Shown here: piece by piece, positions 38,338 to 47,631 of the stretch
Layout: each line of letters begins with the position of its first letter
How positions within the stretch are numbered: position 1 is the first letter of the stretch
Assembly (NCBI GenBank): GCA_963746845.1
Contig: CAVVCZ010000004.1
Coordinates: 1 to 64,000, forward strand
Reading direction: 5' to 3'
Origin: an uncultured Chloroflexia bacterium
Lineage (GTDB): Bacteria; Chloroflexota; Limnocylindria; Limnocylindrales; CSP1-4
DNA length: 64,000 nucleotides
The notes under the pieces: model-generated
Databases searched by the model: none
What the model saw: only the letters and a program-made list of their open reading frames with translations
What the model was told of the DNA's origin: nothing
Translations under genes and position numbers: made by a program

Positions 38338-39668
38338 TGCTGACCCCGCTCCACGCCGCCGAGCTCCAGCGTTCGTACGAAGCCCTCCTGGGCGTGATCG
38401 CGATCCGCCTCGAGGAGCGGCGCGGGGAGCCCCGTGCCACATCGGGGGCCGTCCCGATAGGCGCTGACGACGAAGGCGTGCCGCCGCTCACGGTCCATGC
38501 CGGGACCGGGCCACTCGCCGAGGTCATCGGCGGTTGCTCGCTCTCGGCACCCGAGGCGCTGATCCTCGTCGCAGCCATCGCCCCGGAGATCGACGAGGGC
38601 GTCGGCCGCTGGTTCGGCGACCTGGTCGGCCGGCCCGAGTCGAGCGGGCTCACCGGCGAGGTCGCCCGGCGACTCGCGGCGCGATCGTTCGCCGGCCGGC
38701 TGGCCGCCACGGACCTGCTGGACCGGGAGGCGCCGCTGCGCCGGCTCGGCCTGCTCCTGCTGGACCCGTCGCCCCTCGGGACCTTCGCCGGGCGACTCCA
38801 TCCGGATCCCGACCTGCTCGCGTGGACCCTCGGCCGGCGCCCGCCGACGCCGGAGGACTCGGCGGACCAGACGGCGATCGCGCTGCGGACCGTCCACACG
38901 CTCGACGACGTCGTCGTTCCCGCCCACGTCCGCGAGGGCCTCGACGCGGTGGTGTCGCGGATCCGCCACCGCCAACAGGTCATCGACGGCTGGGGCTTCG
39001 GGCGTCATCACGACAACGCGAGCGGCATCGTCGTGCTGCTCCACGGCCCGCCGGGCACCGGCAAGTCGATGTCGGCCGCGGTGATCGCCCGCGCCGCGGG
39101 GATGCGTGCCTTCGCGGTGGATCTGTCGAGCCTCGTCAGCAAGTACATCGGCGAGACGCAGAAGGCGCTCGCCCGGCTCTTCGAGCGGGCCGAACGCGAG
39201 AACCACGTCCTCGTGTTCGACGAGGCTGACGCGATCTTCAGCTCGCGGACCGGCGTGCAGGACGCGCACGATCGGTACGCCAACCAGGATGTCGGGTACC
39301 TGCTCCAGCGGATCGAGCGTCACCCGGGCGTCGTGATTCTCGCCACGAACCTCCTCGCGAACATCGACGATGCGTTCCAGCGGCGGATCGACATCGCCGT
39401 CGAGTTCCCGGAGCCGTCCGTTGCGGAGCGCCTCCGGCTGTGGTCGGCGGTGCTCCCACCCGAGCTGCCCGTCGGACCGATCGACTTCGCCGCCATGGCC
39501 GACCGCTATCCGCTCACCGGTGCCCAGATCCGGGATGCCGCGATCGAGGCTGCCTACCTCGCGGCGGCCGACGGCCGGGTCGTCACGGAGGCCCACCTCG
39601 GAAGCGCGGTCCGGTCGCAGTACGTGAAGACCGGACGGACCGTTCCCGGGGCGCCCGCCGGACCATGA
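38337..39668 (+). CDS. eCIS AAA+ ATPase (Afp15/Pvc15)
   Basis: GPPGTGKS, DLSSLVSKYIGETQK, FDEADA, DRYANQDV.YLLQRIE. Confidence 0.95.
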   Translation: MLTPLHAAELQRSYEALLGVIAIRLEERRGEPRATSGAVPIGADDEGVPPLTVHAGTGPLAEVIGGCSLSAPEALILVAAIAPEIDEGVGRWFGDLVGRPESSGLTGEVARRLAARSFAGRLAATDLLDREAPLRRLGLLLLDPSPLGTFAGRLHPDPDLLAWTLGRRPPTPEDSADQTAIALRTVHTLDDVVVPAHVREGLDAVVSRIRHRQQVIDGWGFGRHHDNASGIVVLLHGPPGTGKSMSAAVIARAAGMRAFAVDLSSLVSKYIGETQKALARLFERAERENHVLVFDEADAIFSSRTGVQDAHDRYANQDVGYLLQRIERHPGVVILATNLLANIDDAFQRRIDIAVEFPEPSVAERLRLWSAVLPPELPVGPIDFAAMADRYPLTGAQIRDAAIEAAYLAAADGRVVTEAHLGSAVRSQYVKTGRTVPGAPAGP

Positions 39669-42600
39669 GCGGGCGCGCCGCCCCGTCGGCGACGCTCGAG
39701 CCGACCAGCGCGGCACGACCGACGCGGTCGCCCCACCCGGCGGTCGTGCCGGCGACCGCTGGCCCGACTGCGGCGGCGTCCGGGCCGTCGGCAAGCGGGA
39801 TCGTCGTCCGGCTCGGTGTCCTCGAGATCCCGGTGAGCCGGCCGGACGGCGCGGCGACGGTCGACCTGGAGCCCGGCCAGCGCCTCGGGCCCCTCGCGCT
39901 GCGATCGGTGAGCTGGCCTGTCGCACTTCTCCCGCCGGACGCGGCCAGCAGACCCGGGACCGTGGCGGCGCCGGAGCCGGACACGAGGCCCGGGGCCGGG
40001 GCGCCGGTTGGAGCATCGCCGGCTGTGGCATCGCCGCCCGCCGCCGCCCCCGCCGTCGCCGGGCCGACCCTCCTGGCCGGGATCGACGCGCCGTTCGTTT
40101 CCGGCACCGCCGCTGTCGATCTCGGGTCAGGCGGCGAACCCACCGGCCGGGTCCGTCTCGACGGCGCGATCGGGGTCGGCGGCGTGCGCCTGGCGGAGCT
40201 CGGCTATGAGGCGTCGGCATGGACGTCCGCGGATCGACTGCCGGTCCCGGTCGTGACCGCGGAGACGAACCGCCTGCTCGTCGACCTCTCGGGCTTCGCG
40301 GATCTCGCGAACGTCCAATTGGGTGGCGCCGGGCTCGTGCCGGTCGCCGAGGGGCGCTGGAGCCTGCCCCTGCCGGCCGACCTGGCCGCGGCCCTCCGGA
40401 CCGCCGCCCCCGCGACCCCAGCGCCCGCCGCCGGCGCCGACCCGCTCGCGGTGGCGGAGGCAAGGCTCCGTTCCGAGCCGAGCGAGCGGCAGCCCCTGGC
40501 GGACCCGGCCCGCGCGCTGCTCGAGGCCCTGCTCGGCGTGGACCTGGAGTCGATCGGCATCCACGTCGACCCGGCGGCGCAGGATGCGGCCGCATCGATC
40601 GGTGCCCGCGGCTTCACGCTCGGGGAGGAGGCGTTCTTCGGCGCCGGCGCGTACGGGACCGACCGCGAGGACCTCGCGGCGTTCCTCGCCCGGGCGATCG
40701 CCCGGGCCGTCGAGGGCATCCGCGGGCTGGTGGATCCCCAGGCGCACGTGGTAGACCCGGCCCAGGCCAGGTCGTCGCCACCGGCAGCGGCACCGGCGGC
40801 ACCGGAGGCCGCCCCGGCCCCGGACGCCCTCCCCGCCGCCGAGTCAGCGGCCGCCGCGGGCCCGGAAGCCGCCGCGGGCCCGGAAGCCGGCCCGGCCCCG
40901 GAGGCCGGCGCCGAGGCCGCCGCGACGCCCGAAGGCGAGGCCGTTGCGGGCGAGGAGGCGGCCGCGCCGGACGCCGGCGCTCCGGCCGAGGGCGAGGCCG
41001 CTCCGGCTGCGGCCCCGATCGAGCTGATCATGCCGCCGGCGCCGACCGAGCCCGGCCCCGCGCAGCAGGCCCGGATCGGCGGGGTCAAACAGGGCGCCGC
41101 GGCGACGGCGCGGAAGGCCGCGGCCCTGCCATCGGCGGCCGACACGACAACCGCCGCTCGCGGCGCGGTCACGGAGCCGCCCGCCGAGACCGCCGCGCGC
41201 GCCGAACGGGCGGTCGCGGATGCGCTCGGCAAGCGCGCCGAGCCCAGTCCGGAGATCGTCGCCCTGTGCGAGCGGATCCGGACCTCGATCCGCGAGCGAC
41301 GACCGGTCGATGAGGACGCGGTCAAGAAGACCGACTCCCGGAAGGTCGCCGAGCAGGCGGGCTCCTCGCTCAACACGGGCATCCAGTCGGACACGAAGCG
41401 GGTCGAGGGCTCCTACGCCCCGCTGAACAACCCTCCGCCGGGCACGCCCGCGCTCACCCCGGTCCCCGTCCAGGCGCCACCGGCGACCGTGGCGCCCACC
41501 CCGATCGGCGCCGATGGCGCGGCGCCGGACGCCATCCCGCCCGAGAACCTGTCGCTCGACGCCGATCGCCAGGCGAGCGACGCGCGCGTCGACGAGTCGC
41601 GGATCAACCGGCCCAGCGCGCAGCCGATCCAGGAGCCGCCGTTCACGACCGTCCGCGAGGGCCAGGCCGCCCTCACCGACCTCGCGGAGACGGGCCCGGC
41701 CAGGGTCGCGGCGCAGCAGCAGGAGGCGATCGGCCGCAGCCAGCAGGACATGGCGGCGCTCCAGCTCCAGGCCGTCGAGGCCCTGAATGCGTCGCGGGCG
41801 GCGACCGTCGGTGGGGTCGCGAAGGGCCAGACGAAGATGGTCGGCTCCGAGGAGCAGCAGCGGGCCGAGATCTCGCGTCAGGCGCAGGCGATCTTCGGCG
41901 AGGCACAGACGGGCGTCACCGCGGCCCTCGGCCCGCTCCAGAAGGACGCGATGGCCCGCTGGGACGCGGGCGTCGAGCGTCTCTCGACCGAGTTCCACGA
42001 CCACCTCGCGATGGTCCGCCGCTGGATCGACGACCGGCACTCGGGCATCGGCGGCTGGTTCGTCTCGGGCTGGGACTCGCTGACCGGCCTGCCGGACGAC
42101 ATCACGGACGAGTACACGAAGGCCGAGCAGGCCTTCGGCGACGGGGTCTGCGACCTGCTCCTGTCGATCTCGTCGGACGTGAACACGGTCATCGCCGCCG
42201 CCGAGGCGCTGATCGAGAGCGCGCGCCAGCGGATCGACGCGCTCTTCACGGACCTGCCGGACGGGCTCAAGGAGTGGGCCGCCCAGGAGCAGGAGAAGTT
42301 CCACGGCCAGCTGGACGGGCTGCAGCAGCAGACGGCCGCGGCGCGATCGAGCTTCGTGGAGGGCGTCTCCGAGAAGGCGGTCGCCGCCGTCGCCGAGGTC
42401 CAGGCCGAGGTCGAGCAGCTCCGCGAGGAGGCGAAGGGCCTGATCGGCAAGATCGCCGACGCGATCCAGGCGTTCATCGACGATCCGGTCCGGGCGATCA
42501 TCGACGGCCTCCTCCATCTCGTCGGCATCCCACCGGCCTCGTTCTGGGCGCTGGTGGACAAGATCGCCCAGGTCATCAGCGACATCGCCGAGGACCCCGA

Positions 42601-44965
42601 GAGCTTCATCAACAACCTCGTCGAGGGTGTGAAGCAGGGCTTCGAGCAGTTCTTCGACAACTTCGGGCTGCACGTCCTCCAGGGGTTCTGGGAGTGGCTG
42701 TTCTCCGGTCTCGGCTCGGTCGGCGTCCAGCTGCCGAAGGACCTGAGCGTCGGGAGCCTCATCACGTTCGCGCTCCAGGTGATGGGCATCACCTGGCCGA
42801 ACATCCGGAAGATCCTCGTCAAGCACATCGGCGAGGAGAACGTCGCCCTCATCGAGCAGGCCTGGCAACTCGTCTCGACGCTCATCGAGAAGGGCCCGAG
42901 CGGGATCCTCGACATGATCAAGGAGCGCCTCGCGCCGGAGACCCTGCTCGAGACGATCCTGAAGGCGGCGGTCGACTACCTGGTCGAGAACCTGATCAAG
43001 GCCATCGCCGTGAAGCTCATCAGCATGCTGAACCCCGCCGGTGCGATCTACCAGGCGATCCAGCTGATCTACACGGTCCTGAAGTGGATCTTCCAGAACG
43101 CGGCCAGGATCTTCAGCTTCATCGAAGCCGTCGTGAACGCCCTGGCCGACGTCATCGCCGGGAACCTGTCCGCGGTCGCCAATGGGGTGGAGAAGGCGCT
43201 CGCGATGCTGATCCCGCCCGTCATCGACTTCTTCGCCGAGTGGCTCGGCTTCGGCGACCTGCCGATCAAGATCGCCGAGGTCATCAAGTCGCTCCAGGAG
43301 GAGGTCCTGGCGGTCATCGACCAGATCGTCGGCTGGCTCGTGGAGCAGGCGAAGGCCCTGCTCAAGGCGATCGGCCTCGGCGGCGACGAGGACCAGAAGA
43401 AGGGCGCGGAGGACACGGAGCTCGGCAAGACGGTCAAGTTCACGGCCGGGGCCCAGGCACACTCGGTGTTCGTCCAGCAGAGCGGCTCTTCGGCAACCCT
43501 GATGGTCGCGAGCGCCCAGCAGGCCGTCACCGACAAGCTCGCGGGATGGCGCGCCATCGCTCCATCCAAGTGGAAGAAGGACCAGACCAGGTTGAAGGAG
43601 GTCGTCGCCCTCCTCGACACGGCCGACTCGTTGGCATCGACGGCGAACGCGGAAGCCAACCAGCTCGCGGGCGAGTTCGCGGCTGAACAGGCGGCCGCGA
43701 AACCCGAGGAGCACACGACGCCAAGCGACGACGCCCTGGAGAGCGAGGAGGTCACGCTGGCGTCGACGCTCCGGGAGCTGTTCAAGGCATTCGACGAGAA
43801 GGTCGACCTGACCTTGATCTTCGCGAAGGAGATCGACGGCTGCCATGTGGACGCCCAGGCCGATGTCCGGGAGGGGGTCAAGTCAATCGGCGAAGTCAAC
43901 CCGGAGATCGAGGATTGGAGTGCGATGAGAAGCCTGCTCATCAGCTCCAAGTCGAGGATCGGCTCGAGTCTCCAGGCCCCGATGCACTCAGCCACCGGTG
44001 GCTACTCGACCGCGGGTCAGGAATACGGAATGACGGCCATCGCCTCGGCCCTCGAGACATCTGACAAGGCGCCGGTCCGTGCGAAGAACCCCGACACTCG
44101 ACCCGCGTATCTCGTGTCACAGAAGCGGTACCTCAAGGTGGGTGCCGACAACGCCTGGGTTGCGGCGATCACTGCGCTTCAGGAGTCGATCCTTTCGAAC
44201 GCAGACCCAACGAATGCCCTCAAGGAGGCGCTCGTCGCGAAATGGGCGACGTCCGTTGAGCCCGATGAAGCGCTCGTCGAGGCTGTCTTGTCCGCCGGCG
44301 GGATCGTCAGCTTCCTCAAAGCGTTGTCGGACGCCCCGGTCGGCGAGATCACCGTCGCGATCTTCCAGGCCCTCTGGAAGACGCCGGCGAACAAGAAGTT
44401 CGTCAAGGACCGATTCCGGGGCGTGGCCCCGGGCCACCACGAGTGGATCCCGACGAATCTCATTCCAACGGTCGTCGCACGCGCCGAGAGCTCGGACGAA
44501 GCCCAGAATCTCTATCTCTGGGTCGACATGCAGAACGAGATGCGGACGGATACCGCGTGGGTGATCTTCAGTCCCGGCTACCGAACGCAGCCGCTGACGG
44601 AACCCGGCAAGGAGCCGAAGGTTGCCCTGACAGGCCACGCCGGGGCCGTCGGATATCGCTTCCGCCCGGACGACGAGACGCTGTGGCTTCAGGCTCACCA
44701 GGACGATTGGCACGAAGACCTGAGAACAACCTTCGACAAGGGCACCACCCCTTCTGACGTCGTTGCCCGCATGTTGGACTCGACGAAGACCAGCGTCTGG
44801 GCGGGTGATGCGGCAGGGAGCGTCACCTGGCGCACGTACTACGTCAAACAGTCAGAGGGTGGCGGCCCGCGGACACTCGAGGAGCTGGGATCCGCGCAGG
44901 TTGGGCGGTTCAATACCCTCGTGGACACGTTCAAGGTCTGGAAGCAGCAGTGGGTCAGGAAGTGA
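39665..44965 (+). CDS. Large eCIS cargo/effector (1766 aa): degenerate DUF4157, Ala/Pro linker, helical core, C-terminal putative toxin domain
   Basis: PL....R..LE..LG.DL..I.IH.D..A...A..IGARGFT.G (DUF4157, ~40490-40720); GHHEWIP at ~44432. Confidence 0.8.
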   Translation: MSGRAAPSATLEPTSAARPTRSPHPAVVPATAGPTAAASGPSASGIVVRLGVLEIPVSRPDGAATVDLEPGQRLGPLALRSVSWPVALLPPDAASRPGTVAAPEPDTRPGAGAPVGASPAVASPPAAAPAVAGPTLLAGIDAPFVSGTAAVDLGSGGEPTGRVRLDGAIGVGGVRLAELGYEASAWTSADRLPVPVVTAETNRLLVDLSGFADLANVQLGGAGLVPVAEGRWSLPLPADLAAALRTAAPATPAPAAGADPLAVAEARLRSEPSERQPLADPARALLEALLGVDLESIGIHVDPAAQDAAASIGARGFTLGEEAFFGAGAYGTDREDLAAFLARAIARAVEGIRGLVDPQAHVVDPAQARSSPPAAAPAAPEAAPAPDALPAAESAAAAGPEAAAGPEAGPAPEAGAEAAATPEGEAVAGEEAAAPDAGAPAEGEAAPAAAPIELIMPPAPTEPGPAQQARIGGVKQGAAATARKAAALPSAADTTTAARGAVTEPPAETAARAERAVADALGKRAEPSPEIVALCERIRTSIRERRPVDEDAVKKTDSRKVAEQAGSSLNTGIQSDTKRVEGSYAPLNNPPPGTPALTPVPVQAPPATVAPTPIGADGAAPDAIPPENLSLDADRQASDARVDESRINRPSAQPIQEPPFTTVREGQAALTDLAETGPARVAAQQQEAIGRSQQDMAALQLQAVEALNASRAATVGGVAKGQTKMVGSEEQQRAEISRQAQAIFGEAQTGVTAALGPLQKDAMARWDAGVERLSTEFHDHLAMVRRWIDDRHSGIGGWFVSGWDSLTGLPDDITDEYTKAEQAFGDGVCDLLLSISSDVNTVIAAAEALIESARQRIDALFTDLPDGLKEWAAQEQEKFHGQLDGLQQQTAAARSSFVEGVSEKAVAAVAEVQAEVEQLREEAKGLIGKIADAIQAFIDDPVRAIIDGLLHLVGIPPASFWALVDKIAQVISDIAEDPESFINNLVEGVKQGFEQFFDNFGLHVLQGFWEWLFSGLGSVGVQLPKDLSVGSLITFALQVMGITWPNIRKILVKHIGEENVALIEQAWQLVSTLIEKGPSGILDMIKERLAPETLLETILKAAVDYLVENLIKAIAVKLISMLNPAGAIYQAIQLIYTVLKWIFQNAARIFSFIEAVVNALADVIAGNLSAVANGVEKALAMLIPPVIDFFAEWLGFGDLPIKIAEVIKSLQEEVLAVIDQIVGWLVEQAKALLKAIGLGGDEDQKKGAEDTELGKTVKFTAGAQAHSVFVQQSGSSATLMVASAQQAVTDKLAGWRAIAPSKWKKDQTRLKEVVALLDTADSLASTANAEANQLAGEFAAEQAAAKPEEHTTPSDDALESEEVTLASTLRELFKAFDEKVDLTLIFAKEIDGCHVDAQADVREGVKSIGEVNPEIEDWSAMRSLLISSKSRIGSSLQAPMHSATGGYSTAGQEYGMTAIASALETSDKAPVRAKNPDTRPAYLVSQKRYLKVGADNAWVAAITALQESILSNADPTNALKEALVAKWATSVEPDEALVEAVLSAGGIVSFLKALSDAPVGEITVAIFQALWKTPANKKFVKDRFRGVAPGHHEWIPTNLIPTVVARAESSDEAQNLYLWVDMQNEMRTDTAWVIFSPGYRTQPLTEPGKEPKVALTGHAGAVGYRFRPDDETLWLQAHQDDWHEDLRTTFDKGTTPSDVVARMLDSTKTSVWAGDAAGSVTWRTYYVKQSEGGGPRTLEELGSAQVGRFNTLVDTFKVWKQQWVRK

Positions 44966-44973
44966 GGTCGACG

Positions 44974-45336
44974 ATGCCGAACTCGAGCTCGGGGATCGAT
45001 CTACTCGCCGCCCTCACGGATCGTTCTGCGGCCGAGATGCGCAGCGATCGTCGCGCGCTCGGGCGCGGCCTGTTCGCGCTCGGCGACATCGCCGTCTCGC
45101 TCCTGCGTGGGTACGTCAGCGAGGATCCCCCGGTGCGCCGAGCCGCCGAGGAGCGCTGGGCAGAGCTGAACGCACTGCTGCCGCCGCCCGAGCCGGCGCG
45201 CCCCGTGAGGTTCGCGCTCGACCCCGTGGAGCGGGAGCGGCTGCATTCGGCCCTGACCCGGGTCGTGGCCACCCTTCAGGACATCGAGCGGGAGACGATC
45301 GGCTCATCCGATCCCCCGCCGCGCACAAAGGCGTGA
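44974..45336 (+). CDS. Small protein after the cargo (candidate immunity/chaperone)
   Basis: GAGG RBS; starts 8 nt after the cargo stop; last gene of the operon. Confidence 0.55.
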   Translation: MPNSSSGIDLLAALTDRSAAEMRSDRRALGRGLFALGDIAVSLLRGYVSEDPPVRRAAEERWAELNALLPPPEPARPVRFALDPVERERLHSALTRVVATLQDIERETIGSSDPPPRTKA

Positions 45337-45361
45337 GGCGAGCAAGCGCCGTGGGCTCCTC

Positions 45362-45509
45362 GTGCATTGGGCGCGTCAAACGACGGCCCGAGAGGCGCTC
45401 GACCGTCGATCCGTGCGCCGGACGCACGATCCGACGATCCGGAGGCCGGATTCGGCCGCTTCGGGTGGCGGTTGGGCCGTCCGGGCGTCGTTTCATGCGC
45501 CGGACGCAA
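45362..45509. repeat. Dispersed repeat family B, copy 1
   Basis: GCGTCAAACGAC...GCGTCGTTTCATGCGCCGGACGCAA; homologous to 50847-50995. Confidence 0.75.
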
Positions 45510-45591
45510 TGCGGGCGGCCGGGGCGGCCGTTGGGCCAGGGATGTCGCGCCGGCCCCGGCCGGCCGAGCGCCGCGCCTCCGTCGGACGCGA

Positions 45592-46692
45592 TCAGGGCGT
45601 CAGGCGATAGAGGCGGAGGGCGTCGAGGGCGGGCTCGTCGAGCCGCTCGAAGCCGCCGAACCCGGCGCGGCCGGCGAGCTCGCGCATCGTGTCGGCCCGG
45701 ATCGCCGTCCCGATCCCCGCGCTGTCCGGCTCGGCCATCGCGGCGGGCAGGCAGGTCAGGATGCTGAACCCGTAGAACATGCGCTCGAGCTCCCCGGCGG
45801 GAGCCGTGAAGACGTCCTCGGTCTTCTCGTCGGCGATCAATGCCACGCCACCGGGCGCGAGCATCCCCCGGATCGTGGCGAGAGCCTCGACCGGGTGGCT
45901 GAGGTCGTGGATCGCCTCGATGACGACGACAAGGTCGTAGTGGCCGGCGGCGGCCGGGTCCGCCGCGTTGCGGACGGCGAAGGACACGCGATCGGCGAGG
46001 CCGGCCTCGCGGGCGTTGGCGTTGGCCCGCTCGATCGAGGACGGGTCGAGGTCGAAGCCGTCGACGCGGACGTTCGGATAGGCCGCGGCGATCGCGATCC
46101 CCGCCCAGCCCACGCCGCTGGCGACGTCGGCGACGCGTGCCGGCGGATCGGCCGACAGGCGCTCGTGGATGGCGGGGATGGCCGGGAGGATCTCCGTCCC
46201 GAGCGAGCCACGCAGCCACGGGCGGTTGAAGTCGCCCTGCAATTCGATCATGTCCGCGCCGTACGATGCCCACGGGACGCCGCCGCCGGTCCGGAACGCC
46301 TCGAGGACGTCGGGCAGGGCCATCGCGCAGGCGGTGACCGCCCGACCGAGCGGCGCGATCGACCACGGGCTGTCCGGATCGAGGAGGGGAGCGGCGTACG
46401 CATCGGGGAGGCGGAACCGGCGATCCGTCGGCGCCGCCGCGGTGTCGTCGACCTCGAGGATCCCGGTCGCGGCCTGCTGCTCGAGCCACTCGCGCGCGTA
46501 GCGCTCCGCGATCCCGGCCCGCGTCGCGAGCTCGCCGCTCGTTGCGGGGCCGCCGTCCCGGAGCGCTCGGTACAGCCCGAGCCGGTCGCCGAGATACACG
46601 GACAGCACGTCGAACATTCCGATCCCGGCCCCGAACAGCCGCTCGACGAGCTCGTCGGCAGTCTTCTCGGGACGTGCAACATCGACGGTCAT
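45592..46692 (-). CDS. Class I SAM methyltransferase with N-terminal wHTH
   Basis: GDRLGLY, ERYAREWL, VADVASGVG, EAIHD. Confidence 0.9.
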   Translation of the reverse strand: MTVDVARPEKTADELVERLFGAGIGMFDVLSVYLGDRLGLYRALRDGGPATSGELATRAGIAERYAREWLEQQAATGILEVDDTAAAPTDRRFRLPDAYAAPLLDPDSPWSIAPLGRAVTACAMALPDVLEAFRTGGGVPWASYGADMIELQGDFNRPWLRGSLGTEILPAIPAIHERLSADPPARVADVASGVGWAGIAIAAAYPNVRVDGFDLDPSSIERANANAREAGLADRVSFAVRNAADPAAAGHYDLVVVIEAIHDLSHPVEALATIRGMLAPGGVALIADEKTEDVFTAPAGELERMFYGFSILTCLPAAMAEPDSAGIGTAIRADTMRELAGRAGFGGFERLDEPALDALRLYRLTP

Positions 46693-46844
46693 GTGGTTCC
46701 CCTCTCGTTCGGTCCTGGCGCCCGAGGATAGACCGAACGACGGTGCCGGCACGGGTCGGGCCGGACAGCGTGACGATGTGGAGACGTCCGGTTGGCAGGA
46801 TCACCGCACGCCACCTCGCTGGACCACCTCAGGAGGGAATCGAT

Positions 46845-47582
46845 GTGACTGCCGAGTCAGACCTCAGCACGCACGTGAAGGCGCTGTTCGGTGACCTGTT
46901 CCACGTGACCCAGCCGTACACATCGACCCACGACGGGGTCGACATCGGGGCGATGTCGGGGACGCCGCTCCGCTCGATCGCTGCGGGCACCGTCTCGTAC
47001 GCCATGGTCGAGGAGGAGGACCCGGAGGACCCGCGGAAGCACTGGGCACTGGGCGGTGGCCGGACCGTCAACGTCGACATCGGCGGCAACCGGACGCTCC
47101 AGTACGCCCACCTCAAGAGCTTCGTCGTCAAGAAGGGCGACAAGGTCGCGAAGGGCACGCTCCTGGGCAGGGTTGGCGCCAGCGGCAATGCCCATGGATC
47201 CCACGTGCACTTCGGGCTGTGGGACCACGATCTCGACGAGATGGTCAAGCCGTACACGTACCTCGCGACGCTGGCCGGAAAGGCGAAGGCCGGACCGAAG
47301 TTCGCCGGGTTCAAGGTCGTCCCCGTCGAGACGTTCGCTCCCGATCGGCACTTCGTCGTTCCCTCCGGCGGCGTGATCCGCGGATACGATCCGGGGCGTC
47401 CGAACCAGGTCGTCCGTCAGCGCACGTTCGAGAAGGGATCCGGCGCATCGGCCAGCGCGCTCGTGAAGATCACCTGGCCGGGCCTCCAGCCGTCGCCGGT
47501 CCCACATGGCATCTTCCTGAAGGTCTCGACGGGCGTGTTCAAGGACCTGTTCATCCCCGCGAAGTCCGTGACGCTCAAGTAG
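46845..47582 (+). CDS. M23-family metallopeptidase
   Basis: HDGVD (HxxxD), YAHL, HVHF; AGGAGG RBS. Confidence 0.88.
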   Translation: MTAESDLSTHVKALFGDLFHVTQPYTSTHDGVDIGAMSGTPLRSIAAGTVSYAMVEEEDPEDPRKHWALGGGRTVNVDIGGNRTLQYAHLKSFVVKKGDKVAKGTLLGRVGASGNAHGSHVHFGLWDHDLDEMVKPYTYLATLAGKAKAGPKFAGFKVVPVETFAPDRHFVVPSGGVIRGYDPGRPNQVVRQRTFEKGSGASASALVKITWPGLQPSPVPHGIFLKVSTGVFKDLFIPAKSVTLK

Positions 47583-47631
47583 GTCGCGGGCCGCCGCTCG
47601 GCGGCCATCGCCAGTCGCTATCGTCGGGCGC

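Noticed and set aside
21525-39668. Prophage or T6SS
   Set aside because: No capsid, terminase, integrase or TssJLM/ClpV genes. Pvc16, Afp15 ATPase and the tape measure indicate an eCIS.
34642-43846. Very long antisense ORFs (1266, 1335 and 1000 aa)
   Set aside because: Shadow ORFs of high-GC coding sequence; Arg/Gly/Pro-rich with no motifs.
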